Origin: a virus
Taxonomy: Duplodnaviria > Heunggongvirae > Uroviricota > Caudoviricetes > Herelleviridae
IMG/VR virus record: IMGVR_UViG_2595698876_000001
Location: 67,428-131,427 of that record
DNA: 64,000 nucleotides
Direction: 5' to 3' (one strand)
The position numbers were made by a program, and so were the translations under genes. Every line of letters starts with the position of its first letter. Positions within the stretch are counted from its first letter, which is position 1. The notes beneath the pieces are model-generated. The model was not told where the DNA came from and ran no database searches. It was given only the letters and a program-made list of their open reading frames with translations. Shown piece after piece: positions 1-9,808 of the stretch.

Positions 1-2
1 AT

Positions 3-695
3 TACATACCCGCAGGTGCAGTAACAGCAGAAGTATTTGTATACTGCATTATGTCTGGAGAGGTAGGTAACGTACCAGCAAACGCGATTGATGTTATGAT
101 GACACCTCTATCTAACGTAAAGCTAGTTACTAACCCTGCTGCATTCCAAACTGGGGAAAATGAAGAGCCACTAGAAGCATTAAAATCTAGATTCCGTTCT
201 TACATTGAGTCCTTAAGTAAAGCTACGAAACCTGCATTAGAATACGGTACACGATTAGTACCGGAAGTATCTGGTGTATACATAGATGAGAAGATTGGTC
301 TAGTAGTCGTGTACGCGCACGATAAGAACGGGGAACTTCCTGATTCTGTAAAACTAGCAATCGAAACATCACTTAAACGCTTTAAACCTGCGGGAATCCC
401 GGTAGAAGTGAAACCAGTAACTCGTAAATCTATCGATGTAGAAGTAACAGTTACTATCACAAACAAACCAGCCATTACAAATGCATTACGAGATAGAATC
501 AAGTTTGCTGTAGAAGGATATTTAAACAATATGCAAACATCCCAGAACTTAATTCTAAACGATTTATCTTACGTTATCAAGAGCGTAGATAAGCAGCTTG
601 TATATGATATCCAGTACACAAAACCAACAACCAATGAGGTAGTCAAAGGTAACGAAATCGTGAGAGCTGGTATAATTAAAGTAACACTAGTATAG
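3..695 (+). CDS. tail/baseplate structural protein, C-terminal part (5' partial; frame open to window start)
   Basis: No stop codon between nt 3 and the ATG at 51 in the same frame, and the long ORF abuts the next structural gene with an RBS (GGAGGAATAAT) overlapping its end. Composition and position resemble a baseplate protein, but this is not verified. Confidence 0.5.
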   Translation, partial: YIPAGAVTAEVFVYCIMSGEVGNVPANAIDVMMTPLSNVKLVTNPAAFQTGENEEPLEALKSRFRSYIESLSKATKPALEYGTRLVPEVSGVYIDEKIGLVVVYAHDKNGELPDSVKLAIETSLKRFKPAGIPVEVKPVTRKSIDVEVTVTITNKPAITNALRDRIKFAVEGYLNNMQTSQNLILNDLSYVIKSVDKQLVYDIQYTKPTTNEVVKGNEIVRAGIIKVTLV

Positions 696-705
696 GAGGA
701 ATAAT

Positions 706-3207
706 ATGGGCTTCATGAAATATTTACATCCTCTATGGAAAACAAGATTAACAAAGGACAGCAATCCCCACAATGTTGTCCTTGCTTCCTTAGATGATAT
801 GTTACAAAGTGTGGCTACTGATGCTATAGAGAGCAAAAAAGATGCTCGACTAGAAACAGCTACCGGACAATGGCTAGATGAGTTTGGAGACAAGTTCGGT
901 GTATTCCGTAAGGATAATGAAAGCGATGACACATATAGACAAAGAATTATTAATTTCATTCTTATCGAAAGAGGTACTGTACTTTCTATCGAAGATGCGA
1001 TTAAGAAATACTTAAATGACCCGACGACGAAGGTTGAGATTTACGAACCTTACAAGAACGTGTTCATCTTGAATAAATCGAAACTAAACGGTGAAGACCA
1101 CTTACTAGGTAAGTACTACACGACAGCCGTTATCGATGCTAGATTCACAGAGAATGTTCCTTTAGATGTTCTAAGTGAAATCGAAAAGTTCAAACCAGCC
1201 GGAGTTAAAGCAAAACTTTCTCGACTACCGAACAGAAAGAACGACGACGCGATTCCGATTGAAAAGAAAATCATTAACAGTCGTAACTTGTTGGTAAAAA
1301 CGAAAGATTATTCTGGTAATGATGACCCGTGGAGCTACAACCCAGTCAACACACAACTACTTACAAAACGATATATGGGTACAAAAATGGTTCAGACAAA
1401 CATGAACTGGGGTAGTATTCGTTACAACATCCCTAGTATTATAAATAGAGGTGCAGCTAAAGTAGGTGACACAGTTACTTACTCTCAATCCGTTCGACTA
1501 ACAAACAACTCTATGGTTAACGGTGATTTTGCTACAGGAGTATTAAGCCCCTTCACCGCATCTTCAACAACAGGTGATAATGTTAAAATCGAGACGGACA
1601 GTGTATATGGTAATGTAGCAACACTAAGAGCTTCCGGTATGGATATGAATAGATATGTAGGATTAAGACAAATACTTACAGAAGGTGGACTAGCAAAACT
1701 AGTAGCAGGTCAGAAATATAGAATCCGATTCCTCTACAGAGTTAACAGCGACATAGCTATAGATGAAGGTACCGCAGTAGAACTAAAAGGTAAAGATGCG
1801 AATGGTGTAGATGTCAACCCTGTTCCTATCATGGAAATAACAGATAAAAATCAAATAGGTAGATGGGTAGAGTTCACTAGAGACGTTACTATAAACACTA
1901 CAACAGACATACCTCACTTTATAGTATGGCTTCGAAGAAATGGTAGCATCTCTTTCTTTGATATAGAGTTTACTAGGCTCGACACAATTGTACCTATGCC
2001 TGTTAAGTTCTTTGCGGACGGTAGTTCAATGGGAGGAACTGTTGTTGGTAACGCTACGGCTAATTGGCAAATGCTTAGTGTAACTTTACCTATCGAGCAG
2101 AAGTTACTAGATAACAACGGAAAACTTAGATTCGAAGTAGACCAAGTAACAGGTACAGGAAACTGGTTCCAAACAGCAGCCCAAACATTAGTAAAAGGTG
2201 ACAAGCCGCTTATGTACACAGAAGCACCAGAGGATAAGGGGTTAAATACCGCTGACTTCGATATCCAAGACAAACTTAAACAGCTATTCGACAGTAAGGA
2301 CAAAACGTACTTAAGATTAGTAGATTATGATATAATAGGTTATAAGAGGGTTGACAGAATAATACCTGTAAAACCTGTTCTTGGTACACCTGTTAAAACT
2401 TATCCTAAACTAGAGTACGGTGGAAAAGCGTACTATATGGTTCCTATTGACAAGATTAAAGCGGAAGATGTAACTATGTTGTATTTCCAAACTACAATTA
2501 AAGGCGGTACGTTTGACAACAAACAGTATACACGTAGAGATATATCTGTAGCTCCTGTATTTTCTAATGGGTACAAAGATATACATCTATCCTCCGATTT
2601 AACTAAAGAAGGTACCATGCAAATTTTCGAAACATTTAGACCGTTCACAAAAAACAATGTACTACATAGTAGTGCAGTTAACGTATTCCCTCGACTACCT
2701 TCTGACAATGACAGAGCGGCTACCGAGACGATTAGAGGAATAAACGTACAAAGTTTCTGGAATCAAGATTACTTAGGGTTGACATGTACAAGATTCAACG
2801 ACTCTGCGTTCCAATTAGGTTCTTACGATAGCGGTTTACAAGGATTCAAAATAGGAGATAAAGTTACATTCTCCGCAGATGTTAACTGTGACATATCAGG
2901 AGCCTACCTATCGTTCTGGTTTAATGATGGCAAGAACTGGATTGAATACTCACGAGATTTCACAACAGAAATAAATAAGTGGGTTCGATTAAATCATACA
3001 CAAACAATCCCGGCAAACGCCTTGATGTGCATGTGGAGAGCGTACTTCCCTCGTGTAGAGGCATCCTTAAATAAGAACTTACGAATTAAGAATATCTGTA
3101 TAAACAAAGGCGACCCAATACCATACGAAGAAGGTAATGCGGTACAGAAACGTGGAGACAATTTAGATATCATAGAAGAGTTCATTCTAGATATTAAAAA
3201 CAAATAA
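706..3207 (+). CDS. large tail/baseplate structural protein (833 aa), possible tail fibre component
   Basis: Uninterrupted 2.5 kb ORF with RBS TAGGAGGAATAAT upstream. Protein is Ser/Thr/Asn/Gly-rich and beta-rich, typical of fibre or baseplate proteins. No catalytic motif recognised. Confidence 0.55.
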   Translation: MGFMKYLHPLWKTRLTKDSNPHNVVLASLDDMLQSVATDAIESKKDARLETATGQWLDEFGDKFGVFRKDNESDDTYRQRIINFILIERGTVLSIEDAIKKYLNDPTTKVEIYEPYKNVFILNKSKLNGEDHLLGKYYTTAVIDARFTENVPLDVLSEIEKFKPAGVKAKLSRLPNRKNDDAIPIEKKIINSRNLLVKTKDYSGNDDPWSYNPVNTQLLTKRYMGTKMVQTNMNWGSIRYNIPSIINRGAAKVGDTVTYSQSVRLTNNSMVNGDFATGVLSPFTASSTTGDNVKIETDSVYGNVATLRASGMDMNRYVGLRQILTEGGLAKLVAGQKYRIRFLYRVNSDIAIDEGTAVELKGKDANGVDVNPVPIMEITDKNQIGRWVEFTRDVTINTTTDIPHFIVWLRRNGSISFFDIEFTRLDTIVPMPVKFFADGSSMGGTVVGNATANWQMLSVTLPIEQKLLDNNGKLRFEVDQVTGTGNWFQTAAQTLVKGDKPLMYTEAPEDKGLNTADFDIQDKLKQLFDSKDKTYLRLVDYDIIGYKRVDRIIPVKPVLGTPVKTYPKLEYGGKAYYMVPIDKIKAEDVTMLYFQTTIKGGTFDNKQYTRRDISVAPVFSNGYKDIHLSSDLTKEGTMQIFETFRPFTKNNVLHSSAVNVFPRLPSDNDRAATETIRGINVQSFWNQDYLGLTCTRFNDSAFQLGSYDSGLQGFKIGDKVTFSADVNCDISGAYLSFWFNDGKNWIEYSRDFTTEINKWVRLNHTQTIPANALMCMWRAYFPRVEASLNKNLRIKNICINKGDPIPYEEGNAVQKRGDNLDIIEEFILDIKNK

Positions 3208-3222
3208 TAGGAGTGAAAGCAA

Positions 3223-6200
3223 TTGGCAGATACATTAGACTTATCCAAAGCACCTTACTATGACCGCTTCAACCCAGATAGTGGTCGTAGTAGAATCTTA
3301 TTCAGAGCTGATAAACCTTTACAACAAGCAGAATTAAACGAAATGCAATCTATCTATGACTTCCATGTAAAACGTATGGGAGATAGTATCTTTGCTGATG
3401 GTGCCATTCAAAACGGTATGGCGTTTAACTTCGTATATGTAGACCCTAACGATAAAACAAAGGGGATTAAGGAATTAACTCTAGAGAAAGGTTTCATCTA
3501 CTTAGGTGGTAAAATCCGAGCTTTCGAAAAGCAAACAATTCCATTTACAGGTAAAGGTAAAGAAGTAATTGGTGTTAAGCTGGTACAAAAAATTGTTACG
3601 TTTGAACAAGACCCGACATTACTTGACCCAACACAAGATGTAGCGAACTACTTATCAGAAGGTGCAGACCGATTAGAAGAAAAGGTAGTCATTACATACA
3701 ATGACCCTTCTGCTCCTAATATCTATGAGTTCAACGATGGTCTGTTATTTAAAGACCCAGACCGACCAGAGTTCTCATTCATTAACGAAGTACTAGCGCA
3801 GCGTACAGAGGAAGAATCTGGTTCTTACCAAGTAGAAGGATTCAACTTATGGGTTGACAAAGGGTTGACTAATGATGCTGTAACACTTGTAGTCGATGGC
3901 GGCGTAGCGTATGTAAAAGGTTATCGTATTAGTAAACCGACATCCACTCGTATCCAGATTCCAAAAGAGACAGCAGTAAACAGTATTTACCAAGAAACTT
4001 CTACTTACGATAATGCGATACAAAAAGTAAAGGTTAACAGTCAGTTCGTTAAACAAGTTAAATTAGTTTTAGGTCGTACTGACAGTCCATCAGAAGCTTC
4101 CGGTGGAGTGAGCGTATCGAAAGGCGCAGCAGATGGTAGAGATGCTTTGCCACCTCAATACACTAACGTTGACGCTACTACTGTTAAAGTGTACACAACA
4201 AGCCCAGCTTATACATATAAACAAGGTAATGATTACCGTATCGTTCAAGATTCCGGTGTAACTTATATTGATTGGTCTACAGGGCTAAATGGTTTAGAAC
4301 CTGCTACTGGTACTACATATAAAATCGTATTCGAGTACGAGAGAATTATGAAAGAGAATACAGATTACAAAGTAGTCTCAACACCTAACACAAGTGGAAT
4401 CGGTAGTGTAACAGAAGTAACGTTCGCTGGTCTAGGAGGAGCAAAACCTAAAGACAAAGGCGTTGTACGTATCGATTATGATTACTATTTATCTCGTGAA
4501 GATATTGTAACGTTGGATGCGAAAGGTAACTTCACAGTTATCGCAGGTCAACCAAACCGAGAAGGTCTTGCAATCCCACCACAGAACGTTGACCCATTAA
4601 CATTCAAGATAGGGGAGATTCATGTATATCCATTCTCTGACAAAGCTGTAGCTAAAAATACTGCTGTTGTTCGATTAAGAATGGACGAGCTACAAATCAT
4701 GAAAACTCGACTAGAGAACGTTGAGTACAACCAAGCGATTCTCCAGTTAGAAAAGCAAGCTACGAAATCACAAGACCCGTTATCAATGCGCGGAGTATTC
4801 GCAGATGCTTTCATTGATTTCAACCGTATCGATAAACAGGAGACAGATGTTTCATTCTCATTCGATGACGCTCATATCACGCTCTCTACATCGACTCCAG
4901 ATAACCAGAAGGTTAAACCTAAGTTTATGGAGAATCAATCTGTAGCGAAGTCGTGGGGACGTTTAGTAACAGCTCCATTTACAGAGCATGTAGAGATTAA
5001 CCAGCCATTAGCTACCGATGCTTGGAACGTTAACCCATACATGGTATTCAATAAGCAAGGTGTACTTAAATTAACACCAGAAGCGGATAACTGGATTGAT
5101 GAGAAGAAAGTAACTCTTTACGAAGAAGACTATGTAACTACGCAACTTAACCGTTGGTGGATGCATCAGGGCGCAGGTGACCCGGGCGGAAAAGTTAGTG
5201 ACTGGAATAAATGGTTAGTAGATAATGCTAGTTTACAAGGCGGAGTAGAGTGGAACGAATCATCTATCGGATGGAGAGATAAACAGGAAGGTACAATCTG
5301 GAGTTCAGCACAAAATACTCGTGAAGAAGTAATTGAGTACATGCGTTCTATCGAGATTAACTTCCAAGCTACAAACTTACAACCAATGTCTAAAGACTTG
5401 TATGTAACATTTGATGGTGTCCGTATTAGCTGTACGCCAACTGGTTCTACTACAGCAGGTGTTACAGGAACTATCAATGCAAACAGTCAAGGTATTGCAA
5501 CAGGTAAGTTCATGATTCCAGCTAACGTTCGTACAGGTACTCGTGAAGTAGTATTACGAAACGATGGTAACATGGCGGTTACAACATTCACAGCACAAGG
5601 TACAGCTAAGATTACAACTGATACGATTACACGTACTCACGTAACGTTCCAGTTATATGACCCATTAGCGCAGTCATTCGCAGTACCACAAGCTCGTGTT
5701 GTATCATCTGTAGGCGTGTACTTCGCTTCTAAGTCCACTAAAGACAACATCATCATGCAGATTCGTGGATTATCTGATGGAGGTCTTCCTAACCGTACAG
5801 TATATGCAGAGCGCGTTTTAACTCCTGCTGACATTGTTACATCAGAAGATGCTACAAAAGAAACGAAGATTGCACTTGATGACCCACTTATGGTTGAAGC
5901 AGGTCAAAGCTATTGTGTCGTATTTATCACAGATAGTGCAGACTACACTATGTGGTGCGCGACATGGGGTAAAAACACAATTGGTAATAGCCCGCAAACA
6001 GTAATCACACAACCATACGTAAACGGTGTACTATTCAGTTCTTCAAATGCTGTATCATGGACGGTTCACCAAGAGACAGATATGAAGTTCAAAATCTACA
6101 CAGCAGAGTTCGCAGAGGAAGGTATTATCGAGTTCGACACAATGCGTAATATCGACTCTAACGGTGTCCTGTTAATGGCTTCATTCTTAACACCGGAGAA

Positions 6201-6747
6201 CACAGGTTGTAAGTGGGAAGTTAAAATCGTAGACCAAGCAAACGTTAACACAGTGTCTATCGATTCGGTTCCGTGGTTGCCACTATCAAACTATGCAGGT
6301 ATTCAAACACCATTCGTAGTTGGATTAGCTAAATTACGAGCAACGTTCAAATCTAACCGCTACATCTCACCAATGTTAGCTCTAGATGACTTACTGTTTG
6401 TTAACTTCGTAAGTGCTACTAGTGGTAAGTACACAACTAAGACAATTGACCAAACGGATGCTAAGTTCGATACTATCACAATGTCTTACAGTGAAGCGAA
6501 ACCAGCAGGTACACGAGTTAAGCCACAGTACTCTTTAAACGGAGGACAGTTATGGAAAGACTTCACAGTTACTCCATCTGTAGTAAAAGAATCGCAAGAG
6601 TTTAATAGAATCACATACACAGAGAAAGTTACTTCCGCAGCAACTAACACATCTGTTAAGTATCGTTTGACTCTAGAGGGCGACAACCGATTCCTACGAC
6701 CTCGTGTTAAAAAGTTAACAGCAGTAACGAAACAGACAGTTTACTAA
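3223..6747 (+). CDS. very large tail fibre / adsorption-associated tail protein (1174 aa, TTG start)
   Basis: 3.5 kb ORF preceded by RBS TAGGAGTG. Size and position match the adsorption or receptor-binding tail proteins of SPO1/Twort-like myoviruses. Assignment rests on context only. Confidence 0.5.
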   Translation: MADTLDLSKAPYYDRFNPDSGRSRILFRADKPLQQAELNEMQSIYDFHVKRMGDSIFADGAIQNGMAFNFVYVDPNDKTKGIKELTLEKGFIYLGGKIRAFEKQTIPFTGKGKEVIGVKLVQKIVTFEQDPTLLDPTQDVANYLSEGADRLEEKVVITYNDPSAPNIYEFNDGLLFKDPDRPEFSFINEVLAQRTEEESGSYQVEGFNLWVDKGLTNDAVTLVVDGGVAYVKGYRISKPTSTRIQIPKETAVNSIYQETSTYDNAIQKVKVNSQFVKQVKLVLGRTDSPSEASGGVSVSKGAADGRDALPPQYTNVDATTVKVYTTSPAYTYKQGNDYRIVQDSGVTYIDWSTGLNGLEPATGTTYKIVFEYERIMKENTDYKVVSTPNTSGIGSVTEVTFAGLGGAKPKDKGVVRIDYDYYLSREDIVTLDAKGNFTVIAGQPNREGLAIPPQNVDPLTFKIGEIHVYPFSDKAVAKNTAVVRLRMDELQIMKTRLENVEYNQAILQLEKQATKSQDPLSMRGVFADAFIDFNRIDKQETDVSFSFDDAHITLSTSTPDNQKVKPKFMENQSVAKSWGRLVTAPFTEHVEINQPLATDAWNVNPYMVFNKQGVLKLTPEADNWIDEKKVTLYEEDYVTTQLNRWWMHQGAGDPGGKVSDWNKWLVDNASLQGGVEWNESSIGWRDKQEGTIWSSAQNTREEVIEYMRSIEINFQATNLQPMSKDLYVTFDGVRISCTPTGSTTAGVTGTINANSQGIATGKFMIPANVRTGTREVVLRNDGNMAVTTFTAQGTAKITTDTITRTHVTFQLYDPLAQSFAVPQARVVSSVGVYFASKSTKDNIIMQIRGLSDGGLPNRTVYAERVLTPADIVTSEDATKETKIALDDPLMVEAGQSYCVVFITDSADYTMWCATWGKNTIGNSPQTVITQPYVNGVLFSSSNAVSWTVHQETDMKFKIYTAEFAEEGIIEFDTMRNIDSNGVLLMASFLTPENTGCKWEVKIVDQANVNTVSIDSVPWLPLSNYAGIQTPFVVGLAKLRATFKSNRYISPMLALDDLLFVNFVSATSGKYTTKTIDQTDAKFDTITMSYSEAKPAGTRVKPQYSLNGGQLWKDFTVTPSVVKESQEFNRITYTEKVTSAATNTSVKYRLTLEGDNRFLRPRVKKLTAVTKQTVY

Positions 6748-6758
6748 GGAGGGATTAC

Positions 6759-6953
6759 ATGGCTACAGAAAGAAGAGATGGTTCCGGGGCGTTAATATTC
6801 GTCCCTTCCGACTCTGAACTAAGAACAGGTCGCGCTATGCAGAACATCGAGCAGAAGTCGGAAGCATTAGATAAAAGCTTAGAAGACGTAGAAAAAATGA
6901 AAGCGCAGCTAACAGCTTTAATAGAGCAATATGGAGGAAAGGACATCGTATAG
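6759..6953 (+). CDS. small hypothetical protein (64 aa)
   Basis: RBS AAGGAGGGATTAC precedes the ATG. Followed by a hairpin terminator. Confidence 0.5.
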   Translation: MATERRDGSGALIFVPSDSELRTGRAMQNIEQKSEALDKSLEDVEKMKAQLTALIEQYGGKDIV

Positions 6954-6968
6954 GTGTCCTCTTTTTCT
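6940..6968 (+). terminator. rho-independent terminator
   Basis: AGGACA-tcgtatagg-TGTCCT followed by CTTTTTCTG. Confidence 0.5.
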
Positions 6969-6994
6969 GTTCACTTTTCTAACTATGATATAAT
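6966..6994 (+). promoter_or_regulatory. putative promoter with extended -10 (TGaTATAAT) upstream of the helicase gene
   Basis: TGATATAAT at about 6986-6994. Poor -35. Confidence 0.35.
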
Positions 6995-7036
6995 TAATAT
7001 ATGAGATATTTTAACAAATAGGAGGAGTTAATATAG

Positions 7037-8806
7037 ATGAAGATTACGGTTGGGATTATGTATACGCATATTGATTTTCAAGGCGATACATTAAAAGCAG
7101 AAAAAGTAAGAGGACATATGCATCATAAACTGGGAGTTAAAGAAGAAGGAGTATTCCATTCCAGAGCCTACAAAGCTGGAGTATGGGACGGTATCACCGA
7201 TTTCTACGATATGAAAGAGGACAAGTTCCCTACTGGTCTACTACAATTATTCCTAGAAGGCGTAAGAGAGATGCAAGAAAAATATGCAAGCCTTACATAT
7301 GAATTAGATGACACAAGACCCGGAGCATTATTGCATCACGATAGTATGGATAAAGAAATCCAATTAGTAAAGAACGGTGAAACTATTACACTACGTGATT
7401 ATCAGTATGACTCTGTTAAACAAATTTTAAAAGAACAAGTAGGTATTGTCAATCTAGCAACGAACGCTGGTAAGACAATGACAGCAGCCGGAATCATTAA
7501 ACAGCTATTCCCCTTAATAGCAAGAGGAGAGCGCATCGCCTTTATGGTTCACTCGAAAGAGATTTTAAGACAGGCGAAAGAAAGTATTTCCGAAGCACTT
7601 CAACTTAAGCCACGAGAAATCGGTATGGTTGGTGATGGTAAGTTCGACATAAAGAATAAGAAACTAGTATTCGTTATGATACCTACATTACATAGTGCAT
7701 TAAAAGACCCGACTAAGGGCGTTACATATACACAAAAAGATAGATTAGTCAAGCAGATGGCGGAGGATATTGCTCCTAAGTTTTTGGACACAGTTAATAC
7801 GCGAACGCTCATTAAGAATTATTTGAAAAATTGGACACCGAAAACTAAGAATGATTTAGAAATTGAGAATATTCTTACTACTCTTGCTTATGACAACGCT
7901 TACACAGATAAGAAGGTACAAATGGTATTGCGAAGTTATAAAGGTGAATTAGAGAAAATTCTGATGAAAAAGAATAAAAAGAATTTTGAGAAATGGAAGA
8001 CAGCTCACGATTTCGTGGAATCCATTCGAGTATTTATTGGTGATGAGGCTCACCGTTCGAAAGGTGAATCATGGTACTCAACAGCATTACAATGTAGCAA
8101 CGCACAATATCGTATCGCATTAACAGGTACAGTAAACCAGAAAGATGTAATTCTTTACCAACGTATTCGTGCATTGTTCAGCGGTGTTGTATCTAAAGTA
8201 TCGAATGATGATATGGTAAAACGAGGCGTATCTTCAAAACCAGTTATCCGTATGATTGAAATTAAAGAGCCACGCGGTATTGAATTAGCAGATAACTATT
8301 TAGAAGCTTACAAGATGGGTATCGTTAATAATGAGTATAGAAATAGATTCGCCGTTAAAGTCGGAGCTTCCTTCTATAAACAGAAAAAAGCTGGGGTACT
8401 TATTTCCGTTAACCATATTGACCACGGGGAACAGTTAAAAGAACTGATTGAAGCGGAAGGTCATGAATGCGTATTCCTTAAAGGGGAGTTATCATCCGAG
8501 GAGCGCCAAGAAGTATTACGACGATTCGGTAGTGGTGAAGTTCCATTTATGATTGGTACAACACTTATCGATGAAGGTTTGGATTTAAACAGTATCGGTT
8601 GCTTAATCCTCGCTGGTGCTGGTAAAAGTTTACGTCAAGTATTACAACGTATTGGTCGTGGATTACGTTTAAATGGTATCGATGGTAACCAGACATTAGT
8701 ACTGGACTTCATTGACCGCACCCATGAAATACTATTGAGCCATAGTAAAGAACGTATGAAAATATACAAGGACGAGAACTTTGATATGAAACTACTTGGG
8801 AAATAA
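7037..8806 (+). CDS. superfamily 2 DNA/RNA helicase (DEAH-box type)
   Basis: Motifs visible: Walker A LATNAGKTMTA, motif II FIGDEAHRS, motif III TGT, motif VI QRIGRGLR. RBS AATAGGAGGAG. Confidence 0.8.
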   Translation: MKITVGIMYTHIDFQGDTLKAEKVRGHMHHKLGVKEEGVFHSRAYKAGVWDGITDFYDMKEDKFPTGLLQLFLEGVREMQEKYASLTYELDDTRPGALLHHDSMDKEIQLVKNGETITLRDYQYDSVKQILKEQVGIVNLATNAGKTMTAAGIIKQLFPLIARGERIAFMVHSKEILRQAKESISEALQLKPREIGMVGDGKFDIKNKKLVFVMIPTLHSALKDPTKGVTYTQKDRLVKQMAEDIAPKFLDTVNTRTLIKNYLKNWTPKTKNDLEIENILTTLAYDNAYTDKKVQMVLRSYKGELEKILMKKNKKNFEKWKTAHDFVESIRVFIGDEAHRSKGESWYSTALQCSNAQYRIALTGTVNQKDVILYQRIRALFSGVVSKVSNDDMVKRGVSSKPVIRMIEIKEPRGIELADNYLEAYKMGIVNNEYRNRFAVKVGASFYKQKKAGVLISVNHIDHGEQLKELIEAEGHECVFLKGELSSEERQEVLRRFGSGEVPFMIGTTLIDEGLDLNSIGCLILAGAGKSLRQVLQRIGRGLRLNGIDGNQTLVLDFIDRTHEILLSHSKERMKIYKDENFDMKLLGK

Positions 8807-8828
8807 GTCCGAGGTAAATTTTAAGGGT

Positions 8829-8853
8829 TAGTCTATTGACTAGCTCTTTTTTT
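8829..8853 (+). terminator. rho-independent terminator after the helicase gene
   Basis: TAGTC-tatt-GACTA followed by gcTCTTTTTTT. Confidence 0.5.
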
Positions 8854-8864
8854 ACTAGTATAAT
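8836..8864 (+). promoter_or_regulatory. sigma-A-type promoter: TTGACT-17-TATAAT
   Basis: ttgactagctctttttttactagtataat. Overlaps the upstream terminator. Confidence 0.55.
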
Positions 8865-8898
8865 AACCCTTGTACTAATAGTAAAGGAGTTGTAATTA

Positions 8899-9726
8899 AT
8901 GGCAAGAGAGGCAATCATTTTAATAGCAGAAGAGGAGACGTACAAGAACCTTGTAACTTTCTCCGATATCGAAGACATGAACGAGACGGTTCGTACATAC
9001 AAAGATGTAATTAAAAAAGAGGTTAAGCGAAAGGATGTACAAAAAAATCTTCTAAGATTACTAGATTTATTGAAGCGTCATAGCTGTAAGCACTTAGGAG
9101 TTAGCTTCCTTAGTAAAAACAGTTTAGCGGACAAGCTGGAATTGAGCTATAAAACAATCCAGCGATTAATGATTCGATTAACTGATTTTGGGTTCATCAA
9201 GGAGTACGCAATGAAGCGTCGCTCGAACATGTACCAGACTTCCAACGCTGTGATTATCCAGCCCGTTAAAACGGATTCGTCCAACAAGGAAGAGCCAAAA
9301 CAGGTTGAAAAAAGTCCTAGTAAAACAACTAATAAAAACCTTAAAACAAATAATATTAATACATATAAAGAACGTACAGTTATACATAATAATACTAATA
9401 CTGTTAATAACATTAAGAACGCAGAATTTGTAGCACACTGGGTACCAGCACGTTTCACTGAATTATCAAATTCATATTTTTCTAAAGCAAAAGAAGTAGA
9501 AGAGCTGTGGAAAGTAGTTCGTCAGAATAATAGACCCGTAAACGGAGAAAAACTATTTACTAAAGCGCAAGAACTAGAAATCGGTTTAACTGCTTTGAAA
9601 CAATATGTGATGAAATACAAGAACGGTGTGAAAATCAAGAAGTCTATGTTTGCGTACTTTAACGGTATTGTGGATAAGTTGATGACTAAGTTCTACTTCG
9701 ATTCGGAATTTATGTCAGTAAATTGA
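8899..9726 (+). CDS. wHTH DNA-binding protein, possible replication initiation/organiser protein
   Basis: N-terminal HTH-like segment SKNSLADKLELSYKTIQRLMIRLTDFGFIKEY and a central N/K/T-rich low-complexity linker. RBS AAAGGAG. Function inferred from motif and neighbourhood only. Confidence 0.4.
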   Translation: MAREAIILIAEEETYKNLVTFSDIEDMNETVRTYKDVIKKEVKRKDVQKNLLRLLDLLKRHSCKHLGVSFLSKNSLADKLELSYKTIQRLMIRLTDFGFIKEYAMKRRSNMYQTSNAVIIQPVKTDSSNKEEPKQVEKSPSKTTNKNLKTNNINTYKERTVIHNNTNTVNNIKNAEFVAHWVPARFTELSNSYFSKAKEVEELWKVVRQNNRPVNGEKLFTKAQELEIGLTALKQYVMKYKNGVKIKKSMFAYFNGIVDKLMTKFYFDSEFMSVN

Positions 9727-9808
9727 TTAAATTCTGAAAATATGTTATACTAGAAGTATACACCCTAAGAGCGTGTTTACTAAAACTTATGCAAAGGAGA
9801 AGTGGAGT